From assembly GCA_964188305.1 (NCBI GenBank), contig OZ076889.1: 64,000 nt of DNA; one strand, given 5' to 3'. This document shows, piece by piece, positions 47,901-58,285 of this stretch (position 1 is its first letter; each line of letters opens with the position of its first letter). This DNA comes from Podarcis bocagei (lineage: Eukaryota). The notes beneath the pieces are model-generated. The model did not search any database. It was given only the letters and a program-made list of their open reading frames with translations, and was not told where the DNA came from. The position numbers and the translations under genes are program-made.

Positions 47901-50900
47901 GAAGGAGACTGATTACTCTCAGAAATACTCCAGAGAGAGGCTATAGCACCAGAGTCCCACTGCCTACAACATGAGTTTGCGAGCACCATGCTTAACATAG
48001 AAAATAGACCTTATTGAGAGAAAATCAGAGCCTGTTAGAATAAAACCAGTGTTTGAAATGGCACCGCTAGGCATCCCTAACAACCAGAAGATAACAAAGA
48101 ATGGGGCAATGGAATAGGCCATACATATCTCCACAAGCCATCCATTAGGCAGGTACAATTAGGCAGCAACTTAAAAACAAGACAACTATGATTTTAAAAT
48201 CTGCACAACAATATAGAGTGGAATCTAGATGTTTCCCTTGTGATCACAGAAAAGCTTTTGATTCAAGGGGCACCTCTGCTAAGTGATGATGAGAGAGACA
48301 ATTATTGCAAATTCGCCCTTCCTCCGAAAGCTCCCTGCACTACCTTTCACTCTGGGCTGGAAGGTCTCTAAACTCTGAAGCCAATTTACAGGGGGCACTG
48401 TAGGGCTGCAGCTCCTCCTCCTTTCTTCCATTAATGGAGGCATCTGTTGGCTCAGAAGCCCTTCTGGGAGTGCAAGGGTACCTCGGCCCTCTTTTGCATA
48501 CTAAACAGCCCAATCATTTGAGACCTGAAATGCTTCCATGAAAGTTTATTTTATAATATATCATCTCATGGTTACCTTCTGTTATAATGCAATGAAGATT
48601 CAACAATATTATGCAATAAATTTCATAAATTTATGCAATCCTCATAACTAAAAATTCTATCAAGAATAGAAAGGAATTAGAGTAGAGAGAGGAAATGGAT
48701 ATGGTAGATAGAGATGCAGATGACATACATTCATATTATTACATAAAATAATCAGTAAATCTTGTACTAATGAGAAACAAGACTTAAATGGCTGAAAAAT
48801 GTATTTAGTGCATTATTGTCAATCAATGTCTCTACAACCAGGATAACAATAATCTTGAATGGCAACACACCTATTATTACAAATTCCTAACTAAGTACTT
48901 CATTACTCGCAAATGTCACTCCCAATTTACAGAGTAACAGATAAATGTCTCATTACTGTATACCTGTCTTGTGTCTACTTTTTTATGTAAAACTGAAACA
49001 CTGACAGTTCTGGAAAACTTTGTACTTCCACTTGCTCATTTAGTTTGAATGAAAGAGACCTGTACGGTAATGTATAATTTTATTATTATATATTGAAAGG
49101 TACCTTTGCTAGAGTACTAAAGTATGATTGTTTTCCTATTTTTTAATCATGACGGTAAGGAATGAAAGAAGTGGAAAGTTTTTAGTATAGTGAAGCCAAA
49201 TTACTAGTAAGAAAGAAATTATGAGAATACTCTCCCCATATAACAAGCTGCTTTGAACATGTGAAAGGTCGATTAAAAACATGAGATGGACTTCTGCTAC
49301 AACCAAAATATTTTGTTCTATAACTTTTCCATTATTTCTATTACATTACTGTGATGTTATATGTTTCAGGCTACCAACCTTATTATTTACAATTTCCATC
49401 TTATTTTTTAGCTAACCAGTGACACACTTTCTTTTTTAATCAACATTACAAAAACCAGTATGAACAGTAAATAACAGTTTTTAAATTTGCCGTTCAATAC
49501 TTGTGCCTTTCCAGGTGCAATAATCTTTTCTCCACATTCAGATGATTTCCTCAAGAGATAATTTCCCCCAGTACTCAAAGACAATATTTAGCCATTAGAT
49601 TGTTTTTGCAAATTCAATGAAATTTCTAAGAGTCACAGGTGTCTATTGGACTATGATACTAGGATCCTCCCCTCTCTCCAATCCATTACATTTTTATTTT
49701 GTGTTCTATCAGTTCTATCTTACCAGTTCATTGTTGTAGCATTTCAGTATCAAATGTTCATCTATCCCTGTTCATCTTTCCCATTTAAAATAAAGCAAAC
49801 ACCTGTCAAAGCTCCCTTCCCTCTGTAACATATCGTGTCATATAATGAACCTTAGCTTTTTATTTTACTTATTTAAAAGCTATATATTCATTTTTAGCAC
49901 TGACGCTCACTTCTGCTCTGACTTCTTACACGTGACGGCCGACGGACTCTGTCCGTTACATGCAGGGGTGGAGAACATTTGGCCCTTCAAATGTTGCTGA
50001 ACTGCAACTTCCATCAGCTCTATCAAGCATGGCCAATGACCATGGATGATGGGGGCTTTAGTTCAGCAACATCTGGAGGGCCAAAGGTTTCCCACACCTG
50101 TGTTAGCGCATCCTGGTATTAGCGTGACTTGATGAAAAGGACAGCAGCCGTGTCCAGTTGTACAAGAGAGCTCATTAGGTGGAACTTCTCTTACTTGTGC
50201 AGTAAAAACCTGCAAAAACTTCCTCTTTGCCCAACTATTAAAGCCACAGGAACCTTGTTTTCCTTAGCATCCGGTCATACAATGTGCAATTGGTGCTGAA
50301 TTGGGGACCGAACAGATCTAGTGCTATGAATAGAATCCAATATTTTTTAATTGTCTGGAAAGGCCTTTACTCGAAATTCACCAGATGTCTGGAGTGATGT
50401 CCAGCTCTCACCTCATCTTTTATGTCTTCCTGCTGCTGAGCACCGAAGATCTCCATTGCAGCCATCAGCCTCATCATTAGCTCATCCACTGTTGTGTTAC
50501 CTAGCAACAAAGAAAGATAGCTGAACTTCATATTATTAAAGTTATTAAAAAACCAGAAAGTCATTCTAGAATTAATCCAAAAGGAATACCTAGCAGGGGT
50601 TTTTATAAGTCATAATAAGAATATGAGATGAGATTCTTAGAATATTTTCTGTTTATCAGTGGGCTGCCCCCCACAAGTTTCTAATTTTTCCAATATAATG
50701 TAAGCACAAGCATAGACGAAAGTATTTATTCTGAACTGATTGATGATGCTTTCTGTTATATTTTCCTATAGGTGAAAATAGGATCACTAAACAGAGAGAG
50801 AGAGGGTTGTTGTTTTTTATTTCTTTCAGGTAGCTGAAAGAAGCATCTTTTAAAAAATATTGTCAAACTGATATGTAAAATTTGGGGTAGCTTCAAAGAA

Positions 50901-52296
50901 GAATTTGAGGGCATTAGCTCAAAACACTTTCCACAGAGTAGTTTCAATTATATCCAAATTCTTCCAGAATTTTATATTGCATCTCAAATAGCAGTATATA
51001 TATCCTGTTGTCCCTTGAAATCATACCCTTCCTTTCACATTAGTCCAAATATTGTTAAAATCCATTCTATGGACCTGTCAGGTTTTCATTCCTGGGTGGC
51101 AATAGCAATTCTCTATTCTCCAATGCAAGGTGGGCTGACGTGCAAGAAGATGGTAGCTTCACTTCTTTCCATTATTTTCCAAGTGAGATTTTGCTTGCTC
51201 TCCACAGCAATACTGGCTGCATTTGGCATTGTGAAATTTTGAATTTCAAATGTCGACCTTTCAGAAATCAGGATGTCTTGGACAACATTCACACTAAATT
51301 TAAACTTGGAAAAGCAATGCCAAGAGTACAGAGAGGGACTTTTTATATGATAAAACATCAGACTGCTATAGCTTTGGTTAGATTTGGACCCTTGTTTTGC
51401 TTTCAACTGCATGCAGGCAGACTCCTTCAGTTATGGAAATCTCAACTTGAAATCAACAACATTTCAATATTTTAAGAGTTCCAAATTAAGAATGTTGCAA
51501 GATACCTGAATTCAGTGACTCAAAACATAAAGGGCTCTGGCCTGGTTATAACATCTCTTCATCCCATTTAATTTTCACAATAATGCTATTGGGCAAGCTA
51601 ATATGGCACATGATAGCTTGCCCAAAGTCTTTAAGACTGAGACCCTATATGTAGACTTACCTGGACAGAAATCCCATTGAAGACAAGGGAGCTTATATCT
51701 GAGTGGATATGCACAAGAATGCTCTAATCCTACGACCACTTACTGGAGAGTACTTTTGTAGTAAAATCCTATCAGCCTCAATGCTGGAAATCTGAAAGGA
51801 GATCTATTCCAACAACGAACTTGAATTCCTGTTTCTAAAGCTCTAGCTACAGAAAACTTATCATTCACAGTCTGTCAGTTGTTTTCATTTTTTTGTATAC
51901 TTGCTGGTAAGCATGAAAAATAAAAGCCATTTGTCACTATTTACACTATACTCCTCTTCATTATTCGAGATGCAAAGAGTAAGAAAATCAGTTTGGCCGT
52001 AGTAAATGCAAATTAGTATAAATGCACTGCACTTTACATTTCACTAAGAGGTACTTTCTGAACTAAAGAAGATAAACTATATTCTAGAGAGGACTGGCGG
52101 CAAATTAACTTGGAAGTTTCAAGAAGGAACATATGCCCAATAGAACCAAAAAACGGTACCTTGTATTACATTCAGCACCTCATTCGATGATCGTTTCCCC
52201 ATAATAATCAGGAAAAGTGGAAACTGATCTGTTTTCTGAGTTCGAATAGTTTGAGCTACAACGCTACCAAAGTGTCTCGTGCACATCGTTAGAAAC
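17832..52296 (-). CDS. FAF1: FAF1 (Fas-associated factor 1, UBX-domain p97/VCP cofactor), 3' partial CDS, join of 6 exons (685 nt); 5' exons lie beyond 52296 or outside the window
   Basis: Manual splice gives (R)FLTMCTRHFGSVVAQTIRTQKTDQFPLFLIIMGKRSSNEVLNVIQ-G-NTTVDELMMRLMAAMEIFGAQQQEDIKDE-DEREARENVKREQDEAYRISLEADRAK-REAQEREIAEQFRLEQIKKEQEEERE-AIRLSLEQALPPEPKDESPESVSKLRIRTPSGEFFERRFLANSKLQVVFDFVASKGYPWEEFKLLGTFPRRD-VTQLDPNKSLLELKLYPQETLFLEAKE*. I recognise this as the vertebrate FAF1 C-terminus (UAS end, coiled coil, UBX with FPR loop). All introns are GT-AG and phases are consistent. Confidence 0.97.
18388..18603. mobile_element. Tigger-like MITE, 216 bp, same family as 9515-9757
   Basis: TA flanks; ends CAGTGGAACCTCGGG... 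/ ...GTATGACAG; internal CCCGGAAGTAAC and TGCGCA motifs shared with the 9.5 kb copy. Confidence 0.8.
20310..20560. promoter_or_regulatory. Candidate intronic enhancer in the last FAF1 intron
   Basis: TGTTTAC (FOX) at 20370-20376, AACAAT/AACAAAG (SOX), CTGTCA (TALE) at 20414-20419, TAATTA at 20490-20495, ATGTAAAT (POU-like) at 20540-20547. Inferred. Confidence 0.35.
21545..21874 (+). mobile_element. Sauria SINE with an internal deletion removing the B box
   Basis: Head GGGACACGGGTGGCGCTGTGGTCTAAACCA, same core as the 3.3 kb copy, tail TTTACCTTTACCTTACC. 12-bp TSD tatattgtaaga at 21533-21544 and 21875-21886. Confidence 0.92.
23654..23780. mobile_element. Degraded copy of the same hAT palindromic MITE group
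   Basis: CAACCTGGTG...CCCACCAGCCCTAGCCAGCATAGGCAATGGTCATGG...GGAGGGCACCAGCTTGGGGAAG. Confidence 0.65.
24149..24397. mobile_element. Probable hAT (Blackjack-like) non-autonomous remnant
   Basis: Right end ATATGGCAACCCTA (reverse complement of TAGGGTTGCCATAT); left end decayed. Confidence 0.4.
26550..26780 (+). mobile_element. Old CR1-like 3' fragment
   Basis: Decayed similarity to the CR1 ORF2 end (GGCAGTGGGTTCAAGACAGAATAAAGGAA...ATAGATGGATTTTTAAAAAAGAATTA). Confidence 0.5.
27785..27905. repeat. Inverted-repeat remnant resembling Penelope-derived palindromes
   Basis: TATCTTTATTAGAGCCAACTAAAAGGTC ... GATCTTTTAGTTGGTCCTCATAAAGATA inverted pair. Confidence 0.45.
28240..28424 (-). mobile_element. 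tRNA-derived squamate SINE (MIR/CORE-like body); partial copies near 37470-37620 and 51555-51630
   Basis: Reverse complement has A box CAGTGTGGTGTAATGG, a B-box-like GTTCCAAACCC and ACAGGGTGGTTGTGAGGAT. Confidence 0.7.
31046..31135. mobile_element. Short palindromic hAT-like MITE, 90 bp
   Basis: TIR CATAGCTGTCAACTTTCCC / GGGAAACTTTGACCGCTATG. Confidence 0.7.
31227..31249. repeat. (AAAT)n microsatellite
   Basis: Direct read. Confidence 0.9.
33259..33474 (-). CDS. FAF1: FAF1 coding exon (216 nt, phase 0 to 0), most of the UBX domain including the FPR p97-binding loop and the RxRxxS motif RIRTPS
   Basis: Acceptor ttcttcag|GCTATT, donor AGAGAC|gtaagt; encodes AIRLSLEQALPPEPK...GTFPRRD (within ORF track 33136..33552). 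Confidence 0.97.
33943..34269 (+). mobile_element. L2 LINE 3' end
   Basis: Translates ...QRAFSVVAPSLWNTL...FRSHLKAALYREVFNA*, followed by a 3' UTR and an (ATT)n tail. Confidence 0.85.
35250..35330. repeat. Dispersed ~80-bp palindromic repeat; further copies near 35380-35450, 37825-37910, 42390-42480, 51645-51720, 54455-54500 and 59530-59610
   Basis: Shared consensus AATCCTATRCA...TTACT...AAGTCCCAYTGAA...TGGGACTTACT...ATGYATAGGATT. Confidence 0.7.
36834..36911 (-). CDS. FAF1: FAF1 coding exon (78 nt, phase 0 to 0), coiled coil
   Basis: Acceptor tctctgcag|AGAGAA, donor CGTGAG|gtgaga; encodes REAQEREIAEQFRLEQIKKEQEEERE. Confidence 0.95.
37335..37415 (-). CDS. FAF1: FAF1 coding exon (81 nt, phase 0 to 0), coiled coil
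   Basis: Acceptor ttcccataccag|GATGAA, donor GCAAAG|gtgtgt; encodes DEREARENVKREQDEAYRISLEADRAK. Not in the ORF track; found by reading the sequence. Confidence 0.95.
39000..39510 (-). mobile_element. Decayed L2 LINE fragment
   Basis: ACCACCACAGAGAAGGC and TTCTGTACCAGTTGAAGCTTCTGAGTAGCTTTCAAGG resemble the antisense L2 ORF2 C-terminus. Confidence 0.5.
40370..40595 (+). mobile_element. L2 LINE 3' fragment
   Basis: LWNSLPKEV...LLAFKK (ORF track 40259..40477). Confidence 0.6.
40820..41220 (+). mobile_element. CR1 LINE 3' end
   Basis: GAGGAACGGCTGAAGGAGCTTGGTATGTTTAGCCTGGAAAAGAGGAGACTGAG (EERLKELGMFSLEKRRL) and the terminal GGTCCCTTCCAACTCTACAATTCTATGATTCTA octamer tail. Confidence 0.92.
49963..50100. 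mobile_element. hAT palindromic MITE related to 13257-13392
   Basis: Arms CAGGGGTGGAGAACATTTGGCCCTTCAAATGTTGCTGAACT / AGTTCAGCAACATCTGGAGGGCCAAAGGTTTCCCACACCTG; TSD not clear. Confidence 0.8.
50412..50500 (-). CDS. FAF1: FAF1 coding exon (89 nt, phase 1 to 0)
   Basis: Acceptor ttgttgctag|GTAACACA, donor GATGAG|gtgaga; encodes (G)NTTVDELMMRLMAAMEIFGAQQQEDIKDE. Confidence 0.96.
52160..52296 (-). CDS. FAF1: FAF1 coding exon (137 nt, phase 2 to 1), end of UAS/thioredoxin-like domain; probably equivalent to human exon 14
   Basis: Acceptor ttttccag|GTTTCTAACG, donor ATACAAG|gtaccg; encodes FLTMCTRHFGSVVAQTIRTQKTDQFPLFLIIMGKRSSNEVLNVIQ (ORF track 52119..52313). The exon number is from recollection of the human gene. 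Confidence 0.96.
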
Positions 52297-52444
52297 CTGG
52301 AAAACAGAAACATTTAAAGGGGGATGGAAATTTTGTAAAGCAATGTTCACTTTATTAAAGAAAAGAAAGGTTATTAGATTTTGACTAAATTAGCAAGTTT
52401 CAAAAGTCCTGCTTGTTCACTTTGTAACCATATCATTGTCAATA

Positions 52445-52781
52445 CAGTGGTGCCCCGCAAGACGAACGCCTCGCAAGACGGAAAACCCGCTAGACGAAAG
52501 GCTTTTCCATTTTTGAGCTGCTTCGCAAGACGATTTTCCCTATGGGCTTGCTTTGCAAGACGAAAACGTCTTGCAAGTGTTCCCATTTTTCCCCCGCTCC
52601 CCCCCCCTTTTTCTAAGCCGCTAAGTCCATGCTAGCCTTGGCAGCTAACCCGGTAAGCCTTTAATAGCCGCTAAACCGCTAATAGCGGTAATCCGCTAAT
52701 AGGGTTGCTTCGCAAGACGAAAAAACCGCTAGACGAAGAGACTCGCGGAACGGATTAATTTCGTCTTGCGAGGCACCACTG
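52445..52781. mobile_element. Tigger-like MITE, 337 bp, young
   Basis: TA TSD; TIR CAGTGGTGCCCCGCAAGACGAA / TTCGTCTTGCGAGGCACCACTG; about 9 GC(A/T)AGACG repeats and internal CCGCTAA repeats; CpGs retained. Confidence 0.92.
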
Positions 52782-55251
52782 TATTCCCATTTATCCTGTC
52801 AATATTCCCATTTATCAATATTTATCAAAGTCAACATTCCCATTTATCATATTCAGAGCTATCAAATTCAATCCTCCAGCAAGTTGGTTCTCATACTGAA
52901 GAAAATGAATACCACATTTTAAAATAATGAATGCACCAATGCAAACTATTTTTTCCCTGAACAGAAGAGAATGGAATTAGTCACAATCCAAAGAAAGACC
53001 AAGGCCAGCCCAAGACATTTCGAGGTTTAAATAGCATGTTCTACCCTGCAATGTGATGTAGAACCAGATGCTCTGTAGTACAACAAACTCAAAGGTTGTA
53101 GTATATTTTAACAGGCCTCCTGATGATGAAATCTGTAGTTTATTTTTCTGTTATCACAAATATATAAAACGATTGGGGGCTCTCAAATATGCAAAGAGGA
53201 ATGAGAATTTTGGTTATCCTGTTGCAGCAATCCCAAGGCCAAATAAAACAAACTTTTTAGCAGGGGCAGTGTGCCTTGGCATTCACAATTAAAGTGGTTA
53301 ACAGGTTAATAAATATGGGGTCTATCTGCTCCAAAGGCATTGATAAAATAAAGAACAAATAAGAGAAAAATGGGGGAGGTGAGAGAGTGCTAAATGATAG
53401 GAATAAATTCTACTCCAATAATATATCTCCATATGCTTTAACATCTGGGGAAGCATGTCTACAATACATTCTCCTTTCATTCGCTGCCAAGGCAAGCATG
53501 GACTTCTGTCACACATTCATGTCTGGTGGAATTCTCAACTTTCAGACCATTAACACTAATCATATGGCTGTTAACAGCACTTAGACATTTAGAGCAAGCA
53601 CTTAGAATGCATACACATCACACCATTTTACTATTACCTACAATAATTGTCTTGAAAGGCTTCTGGAAGTGCTGCAATGGAAGGAGGAAGAAAAGTGACG
53701 ATGAGTGGGGTCTAGGGAAGTTTTCCTTCCATTTTTGGGTCCCGCGCTCTGGTGTGAGACAACTGACTTACGCCACAGAGTGGGACAAAAAAAACCTCCT
53801 GTCTTTGGTAGCTTGGAAGCCAAAGCAGGACATCTGGGATTGGGATCAGAAGCCTTTTATGGAGTTTAACAAAATAATCAAACAAAAATTCGAATATCCT
53901 CCAATACATATTAAGACACTAAAAACACTGCATCAAACTGCAATCACAAACTTTATCAATACAGTAGCAACAACATATCTGTTGGATTCCAGGTAATATT
54001 TAACCTCAAAGACTCAGAGGAAAAAATGCATGGTCAATTGGCTTTGGAAAACTGACAATAAAAGGGACAAGTTAATCCCTACAGGGAGAGAGTTCCACAC
54101 CTGGGGTGTGACGACAGAGAAGGCACCATATGAGGGTAACCTCTGCTTCACTGCATCTCCTGAAGTATTTTTGAACAAATCTTTCAAGAGTCCAACAGAA
54201 TTTCAACACTGACTTTCGTTGAAATTTCTAAAAATGAATGAAACTGACTGAAGTACCACTTCCTGGGATTTCAGAAGTGCTAGAATCAGTTTCCTTAAGA
54301 TAAGTCTCTTACTCAGGCAGAACAAAAGAGATCTACTTAGAATTCTGCATGCTGTTTCTAATTTTCAAACACAAAACATTTAACCATGTTTTAAGCACCA
54401 AGCTCCACCTGTTTACCAAGAGCAGGAAAGACAGAGAAAGCAGTTGTGATTGCAGTAATATACTCACACTTACTTGGAAGTAAGCCCCATTGATTGGGTC
54501 ATATACAAGGTAACTGGTATCTCAGTTACAACTGATACATATGCACCAGAATAAACTACAAGGCTCAAAGTAATGCAATGATGCCTTTTAGTTGAATCTT
54601 TAGATGCTGAATTTGTCATCAAGACACAACATACAGTACCATCCTGAATGGTTCAGTGTGCTGGTATTGTTGCATGAAGTTGTGTGGATAACTATGAACA
54701 CACCAAAACATTAGGGCTCAAAACAACATGGAATGGCACCAGAAATCTATCATTTGTGACATCTCACTTCACAGAAACACCACTTCTGAAATTACCATGG
54801 CTCTGTCACACTGTATTGAATGGATAATTGAACTCATCCCAAAAGAACTCTAGCAAACCTAACTTTTGCTGTACTTCACATGACTATACAAATCTGCAAG
54901 TATTGTGTATTGTACCCTTTACTAGGTATCAGCAACTAAACTTAAGAGCTTCAGAGTAAAATACAAATCTAGAAAAAATAAATGCCAACAGAATAAGAGT
55001 TGGGGACTTATTTAATTATGAAATACATATACTGCTTTATACCTAGAGATAATATTTTAATATAAAATTTGTAAGTTCAATTAGTAGCAATAAAAATCAA
55101 TGACTTTTACTCAAGAGTTATGCTTCTGGATATAGTACTAGCCTTCTTCACTTTCATACTTACTAGTGCAGTCTTAAAACAATAATTCTAAGCTTTTGGC
55201 CAAAAAAATGCCTTCATCCATTAGCATACTGAAGTCTGGCATTAGTATTCT

Positions 55252-55535
55252 NNNNNNNNNNNNNNNNNNNNNNNNNNNNNNNNNNNNNNNNNNNNNNNNN
55301 NNNNNNNNNNNNNNNNNNNNNNNNNNNNNNNNNNNNNNNNNNNNNNNNNNNNNNNNNNNNNNNNNNNNNNNNNNNNNNNNNNNNNNNNNNNNNNNNNNNN
55401 NNNNNNNNNNNNNNNNNNNNNNNNNNNNNNNNNNNNNNNNNNNNNNNNNNNNNNNNNNNNNNNNNNNNNNNNNNNNNNNNNNNNNNNNNNNNNNNNNNNN
55501 NNNNNNNNNNNNNNNNNNNNNNNNNNNNNNNNNNN
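55252..55535. other. Assembly gap (284 N)
   Basis: Run of n. Confidence 1.
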
Positions 55536-56589
55536 GTACAGGCTTATTAATTCTTAATTATGTTCATGAAAGGCAACTTAAATCATGTGTTTTCTTATGC
55601 CTTATGATAATATTTTAGGTAACAACTGATCTTGAAATGTATGCACTATCTGATGAGCAAAGTCCTGTTGTCTCATGCATTAGAAGGTAAATCTATTTGA
55701 AAAGACAAGCGGCATTAAAATGTCACAGGCTGAGAAGCATTTGATATCAAAATCCAAAACAGAATCACGACACTTCGCTTTCCTATCAGCGGGAAAAATC
55801 TCAACATCTACACTTCAGAAACCTAGAATGACAAATAATGGAAGTCAAAACTAGGCTTGCTGTTGAGAGCTGCTAAAAGTCTGAAAACAAATTAGACCCA
55901 ACTTTGAATCTCCACTGTCCTCGTTTCAGTAGAATATATAAACTTAAGATGGAAGCCATGGAACACATTTGTTTATTAAGGGTAAAATTTAAAAAAAATA
56001 TTTCAAACTAATGGAAGTGCGGGCGGCATCATCATTGGAATGTATCATCAGGCTGCCACCACTGAATGGAAACTAGAGGGTTGTGATGCCAGAGACTCTC
56101 TGATGTTACTAGTGGGTGGTGTTTGGGCAGCTGCAGAGACTTTCAGGGTAGTTTGCACTGTGCAAGCTCTATGCTCCTGGAAGAGGACAGTCAGATGGAA
56201 GATGTCCTTGGGCTGCGCTTTAAGCAAAGTTACTCAAGAAGACAAGCTGCTCCAAACTTGAGGATACAGAGAGGACAAATATGGGGGGGGGGGAATCTGC
56301 ACTGGATATAACTTTGCTCTAATTGTGCCATTCAATTGATAGCGTTCTGGCCCAGTCTGCGCACCATGGTAACCCAAACTCCTGCTTTGCTTCTCCCCTA
56401 TGGCAAACAGGAGCAACAAACCACAATTGCTGGCTTACTGTTACGTCTGAACTAGGGACTGTAGTTGACTTTGATCCAACATGAAGCCAAGATTTGTTCT
56501 CGGCTTACCAATTGTGGTGGGTATGGACCAAATGAACGACAATCCCAATTTGGAGGCCTTGTTGCTGGTGCTACCTCTGGCTTCTGCTT

Positions 56590-56925
56590 GGTTGGTGTTG
56601 ACCCGTGACATGGCTTTTTTGGTAGTGGCTCCCCATTTTTAGAATAGCCTCCTTGGTGAGGTGTTATTGTCTCCTTCATTATTGACTCATGCAAAATTTA
56701 AAGACATTCCTGTTTACCCAAGCATATGATGGCTATGAGCTACTGGCTATGGCAACCTTGAAATTAGTAACTGTGAAGCTATGTGATTGTTTTTAAAAGT
56801 TTTCAGTGGTTTTAAAATGTTTTAAAGATGTTTTTAATTTATCTTAAGTTGTTTTGTTTGAATGTTGTAATATTTGCTGCTCTGGGATCCTTTGGGAGGA
56901 AAAGTGGCATACAAATAAATAAAAT
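56590..56925 (+). mobile_element. L2 LINE 3' fragment
   Basis: GGCTTTTTTGGTAGTGGCTCCCCA...AATAGCCTCC and a 3' end CTCTGGGATCCTTTGGGAGGAAAAGTGGCATACAAATAAATAAA. Confidence 0.6.
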
Positions 56926-57890
56926 ACACTAAGCTAAGGATTGTGGTTTGCTGCTCCCACTAGGAAAGGAGTGAAGCAGGTGCAATCTCCACATTGGCTG
57001 TAAACAATCAACTATGGTTTACCATGATATAGAAACTGGACCAGTGATTTATTACCACAACCAAATTTAAATTCTAAAGAAATTAATCTTAAGCATCAAT
57101 CTGGTAAAACCAATTTGATGAGCCATGACCTGAAGGTCAGTTCTAGAATTATTTAAGGTCAATCAAATCAGCCCCTTGAAGATAAGAGACAATATATGCT
57201 GACCTATCTGCTGGGTGTTTTTTTTTTTTTTTAAGATAAAGCTTAAAAGTATCTTTCCTCATAGAAGAGATGCTTTAGTGTCTTTCCAAAGCAAAAAGAA
57301 TACTTGTTGAATATTAAACACGTAAGACATGTAATTATTTAACATTATTAATTTTATACTCTGCAAAGTCAACACAAGTCTCATTAAAATGTTAATTTAA
57401 GAATAACATTTTATGTATTAATATTTAAATTTTAAATGTAAAACTGAAGGATGTGATATGTAATATTTAAACAGGGTATCTATGCATGATTGTCTTAGTA
57501 CAGTCTGCATGTGAACCACTTAACCCCAACTTTCTTTAAAGACAATTGCTATTTTTTACTGGGCTCACACCATTTCTTGCTACATCTTTCTGCAGGCAAT
57601 GACACTTTTATTGCAATCAGTCCAGTCAATACTAAACTAATTGTTTCTGTTTAGGAAGTTTATTTGAAAATATTAAGATTGTTTGAGGCTATGTGCCTCT
57701 TCATCTGTAACTCTCAGAGTAGACACAGTTGATGGACTAGCCATTAAAATAATACAAAGCTAAAGAAACATAAAGGCCCCATCCTGCTGTAAGCCACTAT
57801 GACTAATTTACATATTACTTACTGTCCATGATTGCCACTGAAAACTTTTCCACTTGTGTATCCATATTGTGTGTGTTATCCTTAAAAAGG

Positions 57891-58285
57891 TGTCGTGGGC
57901 CAGGAATCAGGTTCACCTGATGAACAGCATCCTGAAAGGGGAGGAGATGGAGTGACTCCACCTGCAGTTGATCAGCCTTCAAGGACCCAGAGGGGAAGGC
58001 ACTGGTGAGAACCAACTGGCTTCAGCCTTCTTAAGCAGTTTCCAGCAGGAATCAATTGCTGGTAACAATGCTAGTAGTTCTTGGCCCTACCTTGCTGCTC
58101 CCTGCTCATCTTGACCCTGGACCCAATGATCACTGGATTCCCTGACCCCTAGACTGTCTGGTCATGTGGATTGCTGTTTGCCTGACCCTAGGACTGGACC
58201 TGACTTTGAATGCTAACTCTGCCTCCAGGCATGTACACCTCAGAGACTCTCCCATTCCACTGAGCTCAGCAACCAGACTATGACA
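57891..58285 (+). mobile_element. Solo LTR, Gypsy/Ty3-type, 395 bp
   Basis: Begins TGTCGT, ends ATGACA (terminal inverted TG...CA); exact 5-bp TSD aaagg at 57886-57890 and 58286-58290; internal TGACCC(C/T) repeats. Orientation is inferred. Confidence 0.78.

Noticed and set aside
53119-53200. Possible C/D box snoRNA (TGATGATGA)
   Set aside because: It is on the strand opposite to the host transcript, and I see no suitably placed D box with a terminal stem.
53526-53996. 156-aa ORF on + strand, the longest in the track
   Set aside because: Non-ATG start, no recognisable domain, antisense within a FAF1 intron; consistent with chance.
55196-55618. 140-aa ORF
   Set aside because: Artefact of the N gap.
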